NCBI GenBank assembly: GCA_039801905.1
Contig: JBDRVQ010000001.1
Coordinates: 29,635-93,634, forward strand
DNA length: 64,000 bases
Source: a candidate division WOR-3 bacterium
GTDB taxonomy: Bacteria > Hydrothermota > Tepidihabitantia > Tepidihabitantales > JBDRVQ01
Reading direction: 5' to 3'
Shown piece after piece: positions 54,661-62,786 of this stretch. The notes beneath the pieces are model-generated. The model did not search any database and was not told the DNA's origin. It saw only the letters and a list, made by a program, of their open reading frames with translations. The number at the start of each line of letters is the position of its first letter. Position 1 is the stretch's first letter. The position numbers and the translations under genes were made by a program.

Positions 54661-55606
54661 CTTCTCCTCCTCTTTTCATAGTAATGAATATTAGACCACC
54701 AATTAAACTGTGGAGGTAATTGGCAACTAAGAAGAGGAGGCTTACCCCCATCGCCTCCTCCTTACTTAAACCAACTCTTTGGAAGAGATAGACAAAACTT
54801 CCCTCCCTTATCCCTAAGCCCCCAAAGGTTATGGGAACCATCGTGATGATATTAATCAGGGGGATGTAAAGGAAATAGTATAAGGGGGAGAGGGGTTTAC
54901 CGATTGCCAGACCGGAAAAATACCAGACTAAGGAGAGGAGAAGTTGGACGAGGAGGGAGAAGAGAAAAGAGAGAAAAAGGGGTAAGGGATGGGCAGAGAA
55001 ACCTTGCAATTTTGCGGCAAAGGAATCAATCTTCTCTCCCAAGCCTAAGAATTTTAACCTCTGCCAAAGCCTTTGGCAGAAAAGATAAACCCTCTCCGAG
55101 ATGAGGGCAGCGGTGAGGGCAAAGAGTGTGAAAAAACCTAACAGGTTTATGGTTAGATACTCCTTTCCTATTGGTTGGCGAAGAAGAGAGAAGAGGAGGG
55201 TAGCAAGCAAGGCAAAGGCAAAGAGCCCAACAAAACCGATCACCCGGTCAAAGAAGGTTACCGCCAGAGCCAAGCCGAGCCCTTTCTCCTTCTTTCTCGT
55301 ATAGGCGACCCGCATCACATCGCCCCCAATCGCGGTGGGCAGGAGGTTATTGAAGAAGAGGGAGACAAAATAGACCTTCAAGAGATAACCGTTAGAAAAG
55401 AAGAGTTCTTTGGCATCCAAAAGAATTTTCCAGCGCATAACGGAGATTAAAACAAAAAGGAAAAAGGAGAAGAGGGCAAGAGAGAGCCAGAAGGGGTCAG
55501 TCCGAACAAGGATCGCCAAAGCCGATTTGAAGTTCATCTTCCGCAAGAGGAGATAGATGATGAAGGAAGCGATTAGAATCCGAATGAAGGGCCAGAATCT
55601 CTTCAT
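54653..55606 (-). CDS. flippase-like membrane protein (lysylphosphatidylglycerol-synthase TM-region/UPF0104 family)
   Basis: About 8 TM helices and an AIGGDVMRVAY motif. Confidence 0.6.
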   Translation of the reverse strand: MKRFWPFIRILIASFIIYLLLRKMNFKSALAILVRTDPFWLSLALFSFFLFVLISVMRWKILLDAKELFFSNGYLLKVYFVSLFFNNLLPTAIGGDVMRVAYTRKKEKGLGLALAVTFFDRVIGFVGLFAFALLATLLFSLLRQPIGKEYLTINLLGFFTLFALTAALISERVYLFCQRLWQRLKFLGLGEKIDSFAAKLQGFSAHPLPLFLSFLFSLLVQLLLSLVWYFSGLAIGKPLSPLYYFLYIPLINIITMVPITFGGLGIREGSFVYLFQRVGLSKEEAMGVSLLFLVANYLHSLIGGLIFITMKRGGEDA

Positions 55607-56502
55607 CTCATTTTCTTTTCAATCGCCTCCAATCTCTCAATAATGGCGGAGAAGGACTCACCCAAAAGTCCTAAACCGAAAAGGAGGATTCCGGTTAAGA
55701 TTAAAAGAATTACCAAATATAAGAGGGGACGAAAACCGTGGCCCAAGATTCTTAAGATGATACTTAAAATCCCTAAGAGGAAACCAAGAAGGAAGGAGGC
55801 GGCTCCGACACTCCCAAAGTAGAGGAGGGGCTTTTTCATAAAGGATAGTTGAAAGGCGACCGCGATCAGGTCAAAAAAGCCAATGACGATCCGTTTCTTT
55901 GATTGATACTTCGGTTCACCCGCCCTTCGGGGATAGAGTTTTACCGGGATTTCGGTAATCTTCGCCCCCTCCGCCCAAACCAAAGGGACGAGATAGCGGT
56001 GCCAATCCTTACGCAGTTTTAATCGGGCGACAACCTCTTTCCGGAAGGCTTTAATGGCGTTGATATCGTGGACCGGTAAAGAGAAGATTTTTCTGGCTAA
56101 AAAGTTATAAATTAGGGAGACGAACTTCTTTTCGTATTTACCCACCTTCCAACCAACACACATATCATAGCCTTCCTCAATCTTGGCGACTAACTTTGGG
56201 ATGTCCGAGGCGGCAAACTGCAAATCCGCATCATAAATTATGATAATCTCCCCTTCACTCGCCTCAAGACCTGTCAATATGGCATCAGTCTTCCCTCGGT
56301 TTTGGGGATGACGGAGGATTCGGACCCGAGGATATTTCGCCGCCTCTTTTAATGCCAATTCCCAAGTACCATCGGTTGAACCATCATCCACCACAATTAT
56401 CTCGTAGGTCTCATCTAAATTGTTATGCAATTCTGCCAAAAGGGAAGGGATATTTAATACCTCATTATAAGCGGGACAGATTACCGTCTTTTCTATCGCC
56501 AT
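55603..56502 (-). CDS. glycosyltransferase family 2 (GtrB/polyprenyl-phosphate glycosyltransferase-like) with two C-terminal TM helices
   Basis: CPAYNE, VVDDGSTDGT, YDADLQF. Hydrophobic C-terminus. Confidence 0.8.
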   Translation of the reverse strand: MAIEKTVICPAYNEVLNIPSLLAELHNNLDETYEIIVVDDGSTDGTWELALKEAAKYPRVRILRHPQNRGKTDAILTGLEASEGEIIIIYDADLQFAASDIPKLVAKIEEGYDMCVGWKVGKYEKKFVSLIYNFLARKIFSLPVHDINAIKAFRKEVVARLKLRKDWHRYLVPLVWAEGAKITEIPVKLYPRRAGEPKYQSKKRIVIGFFDLIAVAFQLSFMKKPLLYFGSVGAASFLLGFLLGILSIILRILGHGFRPLLYLVILLILTGILLFGLGLLGESFSAIIERLEAIEKKMR

Positions 56503-56513
56503 TTATCCAACGT

Positions 56514-56541
56514 ATTGTAACCAATTTTTCCCTTTTGTCAA
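56514..56541 (-). promoter_or_regulatory. sigma70 promoter (TTGACA-16-TACAAT), 11 nt from the GT2 ATG
   Basis: Minus strand: ttgaca aaagggaaaaattggt tacaat acgttggataa ATG. Confidence 0.5.
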
Positions 56542-56589
56542 CCTTGGTTTTATAATAAAAAGGACTCTTAAACCCTACTTTTCCCAATC

Positions 56590-56712
56590 AAATAAGTTAT
56601 TAAAAATCAAAGACTTATAAAAAAGGGAAAGATTTGGTGTCCAATTTTTGGGGGTATTTCCGTATTTATTATAGAGGGGTATTGGGTTCTAATCCCAACC
56701 CCGAAAAGAGAG
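56590..56712 (+). repeat. Dispersed composite element, copy D, leader module (promoter + extended hairpin)
   Basis: Positions 56590-56680 are about 85% identical to 33011-33100. The hairpin GGGGTATTGGG-TTCTAAT-CCCAACCCC lies at 56677-56703. Confidence 0.85.
56648..56675 (+). promoter_or_regulatory. promoter-like element of the copy D leader (TTGGGG-16-TATAGA)
   Basis: ttgggg gtatttccgtatttat tataga, followed by the hairpin and then the AAGAGAGG Shine-Dalgarno sequence of ORF 56719. Confidence 0.4.
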
Positions 56713-56718
56713 GTGCGT

Positions 56719-57087
56719 ATGAAAGATGCTTTAAGGCGAATAGAGAAGTATATATCTAAGTTAGAACCAGAGATTATAAGAAGAGATTTTGCCCAATTGA
56801 AAGAGAAGATGCTACAACAGATTACCACCTACTTTATAGAGATCTTTGAGGTTGAGACAAAGGCAAAGGCGATTTTAAGCGAATACGACCTACCGGTTAG
56901 TCTTATCCCCTTTTATCTATGCTATGCCCGGGAATTATATAGCCTTTCTAAGAGATATGCGGGATTTCCTCTCTTCCGGGAGATAAGGATTAGGGAGGGA
57001 AAATGGCGAAATAGAACTCTCCAACCGGAAATTTTAAGAAGGATAAGATTTGATATATTTGGCATAACCTTACCGGAGGAGATATGA
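56719..57087 (+). CDS. hypothetical helical protein (122 aa), paralogue 1 of a tandem pair
   Basis: AAGAGAGG lies 5 nt upstream of the ATG at 56719; the ORF-track start at 56713 is a GTG. It shares 13 of 34 ungapped identities with the next ORF (VETKAKAILSEYDLPVSLIPFYLCYARELYSLSK vs VEEKVKEILEERGISVIYHFAYYAFGRKVYKLLK). Confidence 0.55.
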   Translation: MKDALRRIEKYISKLEPEIIRRDFAQLKEKMLQQITTYFIEIFEVETKAKAILSEYDLPVSLIPFYLCYARELYSLSKRYAGFPLFREIRIREGKWRNRTLQPEILRRIRFDIFGITLPEEI

Positions 57088-57419
57088 GGATTGAGATAAA
57101 GAAGAAGAAGTCACTGGAGAGATTGGCGAAGATGGCAAGGAGATATGCAGTTTATTATCCAGATGCTACAAGGAGTTACCTGAAAGGGATAGTTGACTAT
57201 GTCCTATTTGTGGAAGAGAAGGTGAAAGAGATTTTGGAGGAGCGGGGAATTTCGGTTATTTATCACTTTGCCTATTATGCCTTCGGTAGAAAGGTCTATA
57301 AACTCCTAAAAGAGAAGAAGGATTCCCAAATCCCTTCTTTAATTGAGGAGTGGGTGAAAGATAAATGTCTTTCCCGAGATGTTTTATCAGAGATTAAGGA
57401 GGCTTTATCGGAGAAGTAG
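57084..57419 (+). CDS. hypothetical helical protein (111 aa), paralogue 2 of a tandem pair
   Basis: ATGA overlap with the upstream ORF. GGAGGAG lies upstream. I recognise no family. Confidence 0.55.
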   Translation: MRIEIKKKKSLERLAKMARRYAVYYPDATRSYLKGIVDYVLFVEEKVKEILEERGISVIYHFAYYAFGRKVYKLLKEKKDSQIPSLIEEWVKDKCLSRDVLSEIKEALSEK

Positions 57420-57463
57420 GTCTTAAATAAGACTTAAGTTAAGTGATAAAAATTTTATGATGT

Positions 57464-57715
57464 AGGAGGGTTTTGTCTTTAGAAAAAGGGGTGTAGCATA
57501 CAGGGGATGGTATCGGGGTTCTAATGGAAAGTCTAAGTAACGGTCTAAACTTAGGTCTAATTGGAGTTCTAAATAAGGGTCTAAAAGAAGGTCTAAAAGT
57601 AGGGGTAATAAAAAGAGTAATTGGAAATCTAATTAAGAGTCTAATTGAAAATTTAATCCGAAGTCTAATTATAGTTTTAACCGAAAGCCCAATTGAAAGT
57701 CTAACCTCAAGTCTA
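57464..57715 (+). repeat. Dispersed composite element, copy D, box + 12-nt phased array (16 units from 57524)
   Basis: AGGAGGGTTTTGTCTTTAGAAAAAGGGGTGTAGCATACAGGGGATGGTATCGGGGTTCTAATGGAAAG, followed by agtaacggtcta|aacttaggtcta|attggagttcta|aataagggtcta|... (unit consensus aaGTCTAAtt). Confidence 0.9.
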
Positions 57716-57755
57716 AATATCGGCTCGGTGAAAATAGGGGAGGGCAATAACACTA

Positions 57756-57784
57756 TTGACAAGAATACTTTTTTTGTGTATATT
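57756..57784 (+). promoter_or_regulatory. sigma70 promoter (TTGACA-17-TATATT) upstream of the HU gene
   Basis: ttgaca agaatactttttttgtg tatatt ttagga ATG. It gives a 5' region of about 125 nt ahead of the HU ATG. Confidence 0.55.
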
Positions 57785-57914
57785 TTAGGAATGGAAGTGG
57801 CGATAGCGCCCCTCGGGGCAATACCTTGCCAAATCAATCTTTTCCCAACCATTTCTCTTTTAATAAGAAACTATCGTCCACCTTCCAAAAATCCTATTAA
57901 GGGGGTGATAAAAT

Positions 57915-58187
57915 ATGAAGAAAGCCGAACTTATTGAGAAAATCGCCAAGGATGCAGGCATCTCCAAGAAACAGGCGGGGCTCGCTCTCCAATCCTTTAT
58001 GGATGCGGTGAAGATGGTGATGAAGAAAGATGACGAACTGACCCTTCCCAAATTTGGCCGGTTCTATGTGAAGAAGACAAAAGCCCGAATTGGCCGGAAT
58101 CCAAAAACCGGAGAGGAGATAAAAATTCCAGCCAGGAAGAGACCGGCCTTCCGCGCGGGGAAGGAATTAAAACTCGCTGCTAAATAA
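57915..58187 (+). CDS. HU/IHF-family DNA-binding protein
   Basis: MKKAELIEKIAKDAGISKKQA...GRNPKTGEEIKIPARKRPAFRAGKELK. A GGGGGTG Shine-Dalgarno sequence lies 7 nt upstream. Confidence 0.9.
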   Translation: MKKAELIEKIAKDAGISKKQAGLALQSFMDAVKMVMKKDDELTLPKFGRFYVKKTKARIGRNPKTGEEIKIPARKRPAFRAGKELKLAAK

Positions 58188-58207
58188 AAAAAGGGCGGGA
58201 AGGAGAA

Positions 58208-59224
58208 GTGGGCGTTCCCCAGAAAGCGCTTCCACCTCTTCTTCCTGCCCTCAATTCTTCCCCTCCCCATCTCAAAATCTTAGACCAAACAAAATTACCC
58301 CAGAAAGTTTCTTACCGCCGGATTAAAAATCACTACGAGTTGCTCAGAGCCATTAGGGGATTACAAATCAGAGGGGCACCGCTCATCGGCGTCGCCTCCG
58401 CCTATGGCGTTGCCTTAGAGGCGGTGAGAATAAAAAAGGACTTAAAGAGAAGGCTCCTTTCGGTGATTAATGATCTGCGAAAAGCCCGTCCTACCGCCTT
58501 CAATCCCTTCTTCATTTTAAAGAGGATGGAAGAGACTCTTAAATTAGAACTACCCGAAGAGGAATTACGCCTTCGCCTTTTGGAAGAGGCGGCAAAGATT
58601 GAAAAAGAAGAGAGAGAAAAGTGCGAAAAGATTGGCACCCACGGTGCCCAATTATTAAAAGATGGGACAAAGGTCCTAACTATCTGCAATACGGGTTTTT
58701 TAGCCACCCCCGGCATCGGCACCGCCCTGGGAATAATTTATAAGGCGAAGGAAGAAGGGAAGAGGATAAAGGTCTTTGTCTGCGAAACCCGACCCCTCCT
58801 CCAAGGGGCAAGGCTCACCACCTGGGAGTTGCAGAAAAGAGGGGTTGAAACCTTTTTAATCACCGACGGGATGGTGGGTAAGGTGATGGGGGATATTGAT
58901 ATTGTCCTCACCGGTGCCGACCGCATCGCCCGGAATTATGACTTTGCCAATAAGGTTGGCACCTTAACCCTGGCAATTTGTGCCTCCTATTATAAAAAGC
59001 CTTTTTACTGCGCGGCTCCCACCTCCACCATTGATCTCTCCTTGCAGGACGGGAGCGAAATTGCGATTGAGGAGAGAGGGGAGGAAGAGGTTCTAACTTG
59101 CTTAGGAAGACGCATCGCGCCGAAGGGGATTAAGGTGCTTAACCCTTCTTTTGATATTACCCCCCACCAGTTGTTGACCGGTCTCATCACCGAAGAGGGG
59201 ATAATTAAATTGGCAAGAAGGTAG
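58208..59224 (+). CDS. mtnA: S-methyl-5-thioribose-1-phosphate isomerase (eIF-2B alpha/beta/delta family)
   Basis: LKILDQTKLP, IRGAPLIGV, ETRPLLQGARLT, GADRIA. The GTG start is uncertain. Confidence 0.8.
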   Translation: MGVPQKALPPLLPALNSSPPHLKILDQTKLPQKVSYRRIKNHYELLRAIRGLQIRGAPLIGVASAYGVALEAVRIKKDLKRRLLSVINDLRKARPTAFNPFFILKRMEETLKLELPEEELRLRLLEEAAKIEKEEREKCEKIGTHGAQLLKDGTKVLTICNTGFLATPGIGTALGIIYKAKEEGKRIKVFVCETRPLLQGARLTTWELQKRGVETFLITDGMVGKVMGDIDIVLTGADRIARNYDFANKVGTLTLAICASYYKKPFYCAAPTSTIDLSLQDGSEIAIEERGEEEVLTCLGRRIAPKGIKVLNPSFDITPHQLLTGLITEEGIIKLARR

Positions 59225-59225
59225 T

Positions 59226-60140
59226 TTATTTTTTTTCCGGGTCTAAGTGGACAATCACCTCTGTCTCCCCCATCTCACTCTTTATCGCCTCCGCCACCTC
59301 TTCTCCGGTTCGGTGGGCAACATCAAGATGGGTATCATTTTTCAAAGAGATATGAATGGTCACGATCCTCCTCTTCCCGTAGTCGTGAACTTGAATCTCA
59401 TGGGCATCCTTCACCCCTTCTACACCCTGAGCAATCTCCTTGATCCGAGAGACGAGAGCGGGTGAAGGTGCAAAGCCAACCAGAATATTGCTTGTCTCCA
59501 CTATAATTTTAATTCCGGTATAAATAATCAATCCGGAAATCCCGATCCCAAAAAACCCATCCAGCCGGAAGAATCCGAAACGATAGAAGATGAAACCAAT
59601 TAGGACTAAAGCCGTCGCGATGGAATCGGTCCGGTGGTGCCAGGCATCAGCCTGTAAAGAAGGGGAGTTAATCTTCTCTCCCAGTTTTTGGGAAACCCCG
59701 GTGAGAAATTCTTTCACCAAAATGGAGAAGAGCAAAATGCTAATCACCCAAAAATTAGAAAACACTGGTTGGGGCGCCACGAGGCGCTTCAAAGAGTTGA
59801 GAAAGAATTCTAAACCGGCACCAATAAGGAGGAAGGCGATTAAAAGGGCAAAGATCCTTTCTACCCGACCGTGTCCGAAGGGGTGGTGCTCATCGGGAGG
59901 CTTGGCCGAAATCTTAAAACCCACGACGACCAAAAAGGAGGTGAAGACATCCGAGAGGGTATGAAAGGCATCCGCCAATAAAGCGATACTATTGAATAGT
60001 TTCCCTAGAATGAGTTTGATAAAAAAGAGGAGAAGGTTCAAAATAATACTCAAAAGACCTTCAAAATAGCCATAGTTTTTTACCCGGTCTTTGGTATCCA
60101 AGCGAAAGAGAGAGATTAACCAATTGGTAATTTTTTCCAT
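59226..60140 (-). CDS. cation diffusion facilitator (CDF) family transporter
   Basis: Six TM helices, LADAFHTLSD and DAWHHRTD metal-site motifs, and a C-terminal cytoplasmic domain. Confidence 0.85.
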   Translation of the reverse strand: MEKITNWLISLFRLDTKDRVKNYGYFEGLLSIILNLLLFFIKLILGKLFNSIALLADAFHTLSDVFTSFLVVVGFKISAKPPDEHHPFGHGRVERIFALLIAFLLIGAGLEFFLNSLKRLVAPQPVFSNFWVISILLFSILVKEFLTGVSQKLGEKINSPSLQADAWHHRTDSIATALVLIGFIFYRFGFFRLDGFFGIGISGLIIYTGIKIIVETSNILVGFAPSPALVSRIKEIAQGVEGVKDAHEIQVHDYGKRRIVTIHISLKNDTHLDVAHRTGEEVAEAIKSEMGETEVIVHLDPEKK

Positions 60141-60159
60141 TAAACCCTCGGGCGAGAAA

Positions 60160-61773
60160 TCATCTTTTTACCTCCCCTTCCCCAACCGGTTGTACCGTTT
60201 CTAATTCCTTCTTCCTACTCTTCTTAAATTCCCAATGCTGAGAAAGGGCGGAGAAAGAGAGGAAAAGGAAACCAAGGGTATAGAGTAAAAGGAAAGGGGC
60301 GAGTGCCAATTCCCAATGGCTCAAGGCATAAATAAGGGTGAAGAGGAGGTAAAATCCCATCCCCATCTCTAAGAAGGTGATTTTAGAGATGGGGCTGAGA
60401 TATTTCTTGTCCCGCAAACTCCCTTTCTTGCCCACAACCGAAAATTTCGGCGTGCGGGTGAATTCACTCTTCTTTCCCCAAAGGGCTTGGAGACAAGCCT
60501 GGGTGTTGATCAAGGAAAGGGAGACGAAGCCCCCAATCAATAGGAAAGCGACCAAAAACCAACTCTTTCTTCCTTTCTCTTTATTCCCATCCAACTTCTG
60601 AACCCGCCGGTAGGATAAGATATAGGTGATGGGATAAGGCAGGACAAAGATGGTGAAAAGGGAGAGGCTTAAATAGTAGAGGTTAACAACCCGAGCCTGG
60701 GAAGAAAGATAAACCGCCCAATAGCTTCCATAATGGTAAAGGGGATTGAGAACAATCTCAGTGTATTTAATTTTGGTAGCCACAATAGGAAAAGAGAGGA
60801 GGGAGAGGAAAAAGAGGATCGGATAGACCAAAGGAGAAGTGAGATGGGTGAAAGAGAAGAACTTTACCCGCCGGGGTAGTTTGGCTCGTAAAACCTCACC
60901 TAAGATCTTTTTGGCGACTTCTACCCCTCCCTTGGTCCAGCGGAACTGTTGTTTCTTAAATCCTTGAATGTCAATCGGCAATTCTCCGGGGCAGACAATC
61001 TCCGGCAGAAAGAGGATTTTATAACCTTTCAGTTGCGCCCGATAGGATAAATCAAGGTCTTCGGTTAAAGTATCATCCTGCCAGTTACCCGCAGCCAGAA
61101 TTGCTTCCTTCCGCCAGACACCACAAGTGCCGTTGAAGTTAATGAAGAGATCAATCTGGGATTTTATATCCTGCTCAAAGAGAAAATGGGCATCTAAGGC
61201 TAATGCCTGACCCTGGGTGAGGATGGAGTAGTCACGGTTCAGATGCCCCCACCGGGTTTGGACCGCGGCAATCTTCTCATCAAGGAAGAAGTAGGGAATG
61301 GTCCTTTTTAGAAAATCCGGAGGCACAATAAAGTCCGCATCAAAGATGGCAATGAACTCACCCCGGGCGGAAAGTAATCCCTCCCGCAAAGCACCCGCCT
61401 TAAATCCGATTCGCTGGGAGCGGTGGTGGAGGGAGATATTATAGCCCAAACCCTTATACTCCTCCACCAAAGAAGCGAGAATGAAGGTTGTCTCGTCCGT
61501 GGAATCGTCCAGAATCTGAATTTCGTATCTCTCCTTCGGATAGTCCAAATTGGTAACCGAAGACAAAAGTCGCGCCACCACATATTTCTCGTTATAAATC
61601 GGGAGTTGGATAGTGACAAAGGGGAAGTAGTTTAAAGGAGGGGGAAATTTCTTCTTCTTATTTTTCCTATTTCTGGTTAGGTAATAGTAGAGGATGATAT
61701 AACCGTGGGTCGCATAAAGGGATAAGAAAAGTAATAAGAGAAGATATAGAGCAAAAAGGAAAGATTCAATCAT
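60160..61773 (-). CDS. processive family-2 glycosyltransferase (cellulose-synthase-like)
   Basis: DDSTD, DADF, TEDLDLSYR and QQFRWTKG (QxxRW) motifs flanked by TM helices. Confidence 0.8.
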   Translation of the reverse strand: MIESFLFALYLLLLLFLSLYATHGYIILYYYLTRNRKNKKKKFPPPLNYFPFVTIQLPIYNEKYVVARLLSSVTNLDYPKERYEIQILDDSTDETTFILASLVEEYKGLGYNISLHHRSQRIGFKAGALREGLLSARGEFIAIFDADFIVPPDFLKRTIPYFFLDEKIAAVQTRWGHLNRDYSILTQGQALALDAHFLFEQDIKSQIDLFINFNGTCGVWRKEAILAAGNWQDDTLTEDLDLSYRAQLKGYKILFLPEIVCPGELPIDIQGFKKQQFRWTKGGVEVAKKILGEVLRAKLPRRVKFFSFTHLTSPLVYPILFFLSLLSFPIVATKIKYTEIVLNPLYHYGSYWAVYLSSQARVVNLYYLSLSLFTIFVLPYPITYILSYRRVQKLDGNKEKGRKSWFLVAFLLIGGFVSLSLINTQACLQALWGKKSEFTRTPKFSVVGKKGSLRDKKYLSPISKITFLEMGMGFYLLFTLIYALSHWELALAPFLLLYTLGFLFLSFSALSQHWEFKKSRKKELETVQPVGEGEVKR

Positions 61774-62786
61774 CTTTTCACCTCATATTTGATCCCTTCG
61801 GACAATTTTTCCTGCCATACATTCAGGAAAAGGTCCTTCTCTTTACCCTTCAATTCCAATTTCCAGGTTTTTATTTTACCATCCTTTTCTCTCTGGTCAA
61901 GAACTAAGGGGAAAGAGATTTTCTCTTCGCTTTCCAGAAAAAAATTTCCCTCCCCTTCTAATTTTGTATCCGGCGGTAGAGAGAGGATAATTTCCCCAGA
62001 AACAGGGAGTAGTTTTAATGCCTCCCCGGAGAGGAGAAAGAGACTGTCCCGGTAGAGGGCAAATTTCCCCGAGGAGAAGAGAAGTTTCAAAATCCTTTCC
62101 GGTAGTTCCTCTTCCAAGGTCAAAATACCCTTTTTGCCTTTTCTCTTTAAGTCGTAATTCACCTTGAGGCAGGAGAGCCTTTTTTTGATAATCTCTAAAA
62201 ATTTTCTATCTTTGGGAAAAGAGAAGGTGAGGCGCAGTTTCGGCAAAAAGGGAATCCTTATCTCCCTCATTTCGTTATGCCGACTCAATTTTATCCGAAA
62301 GGCGACCTGAGCGGAAGAATCAAAGGCAAAAATTTCTGTAATCTTCCCTTTGTGGTAACGAATCTTTCCCTGCGCCTTCTCATTGCGCCACGAACCAAGG
62401 AATACCAAATTGGGGCGAAAGATTGTCTCCCCGGATTCCGGATTATCCGAAAGGAGGAGCGCCAAGATTTTGGTGATATCCGAATTTTCGCTTCGCACCC
62501 TCTTCTCCCAGCCGTTTTTCCCTAAGGTGTATTCCCAATCACCCGCCCCTTTATAAAGGAAGCGTTTGCTACCAGAAGGGAGGAAAAGTTTTTCTTCCCG
62601 CTCTTCCCTTCCCAGGAGAAGATTGGTATATCCGGAACCCTTCCCTTCCTTTTGGAGGGGAAGACTGCGGAACTGGTACTCGTAACGAAATCCCTTATAA
62701 CTTTCTATCGTCTCCAAAACACCGGCATAGGTGAAAAGGGAAAAGAGGATTAAAATTCTTCCCCTAAGCGCAAGGTGAACTGCCAT
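61770..62786 (-). CDS. hypothetical exported protein
   Basis: Signal-like N-terminus (RGRILILFSLFTYAGV). I recognise no motif. Overlaps both neighbours. Confidence 0.4.
   Translation of the reverse strand: MAVHLALRGRILILFSLFTYAGVLETIESYKGFRYEYQFRSLPLQKEGKGSGYTNLLLGREEREEKLFLPSGSKRFLYKGAGDWEYTLGKNGWEKRVRSENSDITKILALLLSDNPESGETIFRPNLVFLGSWRNEKAQGKIRYHKGKITEIFAFDSSAQVAFRIKLSRHNEMREIRIPFLPKLRLTFSFPKDRKFLEIIKKRLSCLKVNYDLKRKGKKGILTLEEELPERILKLLFSSGKFALYRDSLFLLSGEALKLLPVSGEIILSLPPDTKLEGEGNFFLESEEKISFPLVLDQREKDGKIKTWKLELKGKEKDLFLNVWQEKLSEGIKYEVKR

Noticed and set aside
57439-57852. A 137-aa minus-strand ORF, together with the 137-aa plus-strand ORF 57524-57937, across array D.
   Set aside because: Both strands are open only because the TAAT-phased repeat excludes stops in several frames. 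The plus ORF runs on through the HU promoter and into the HU gene. It is not supported as a single protein; see the coding/non-coding finding for the residual possibility.
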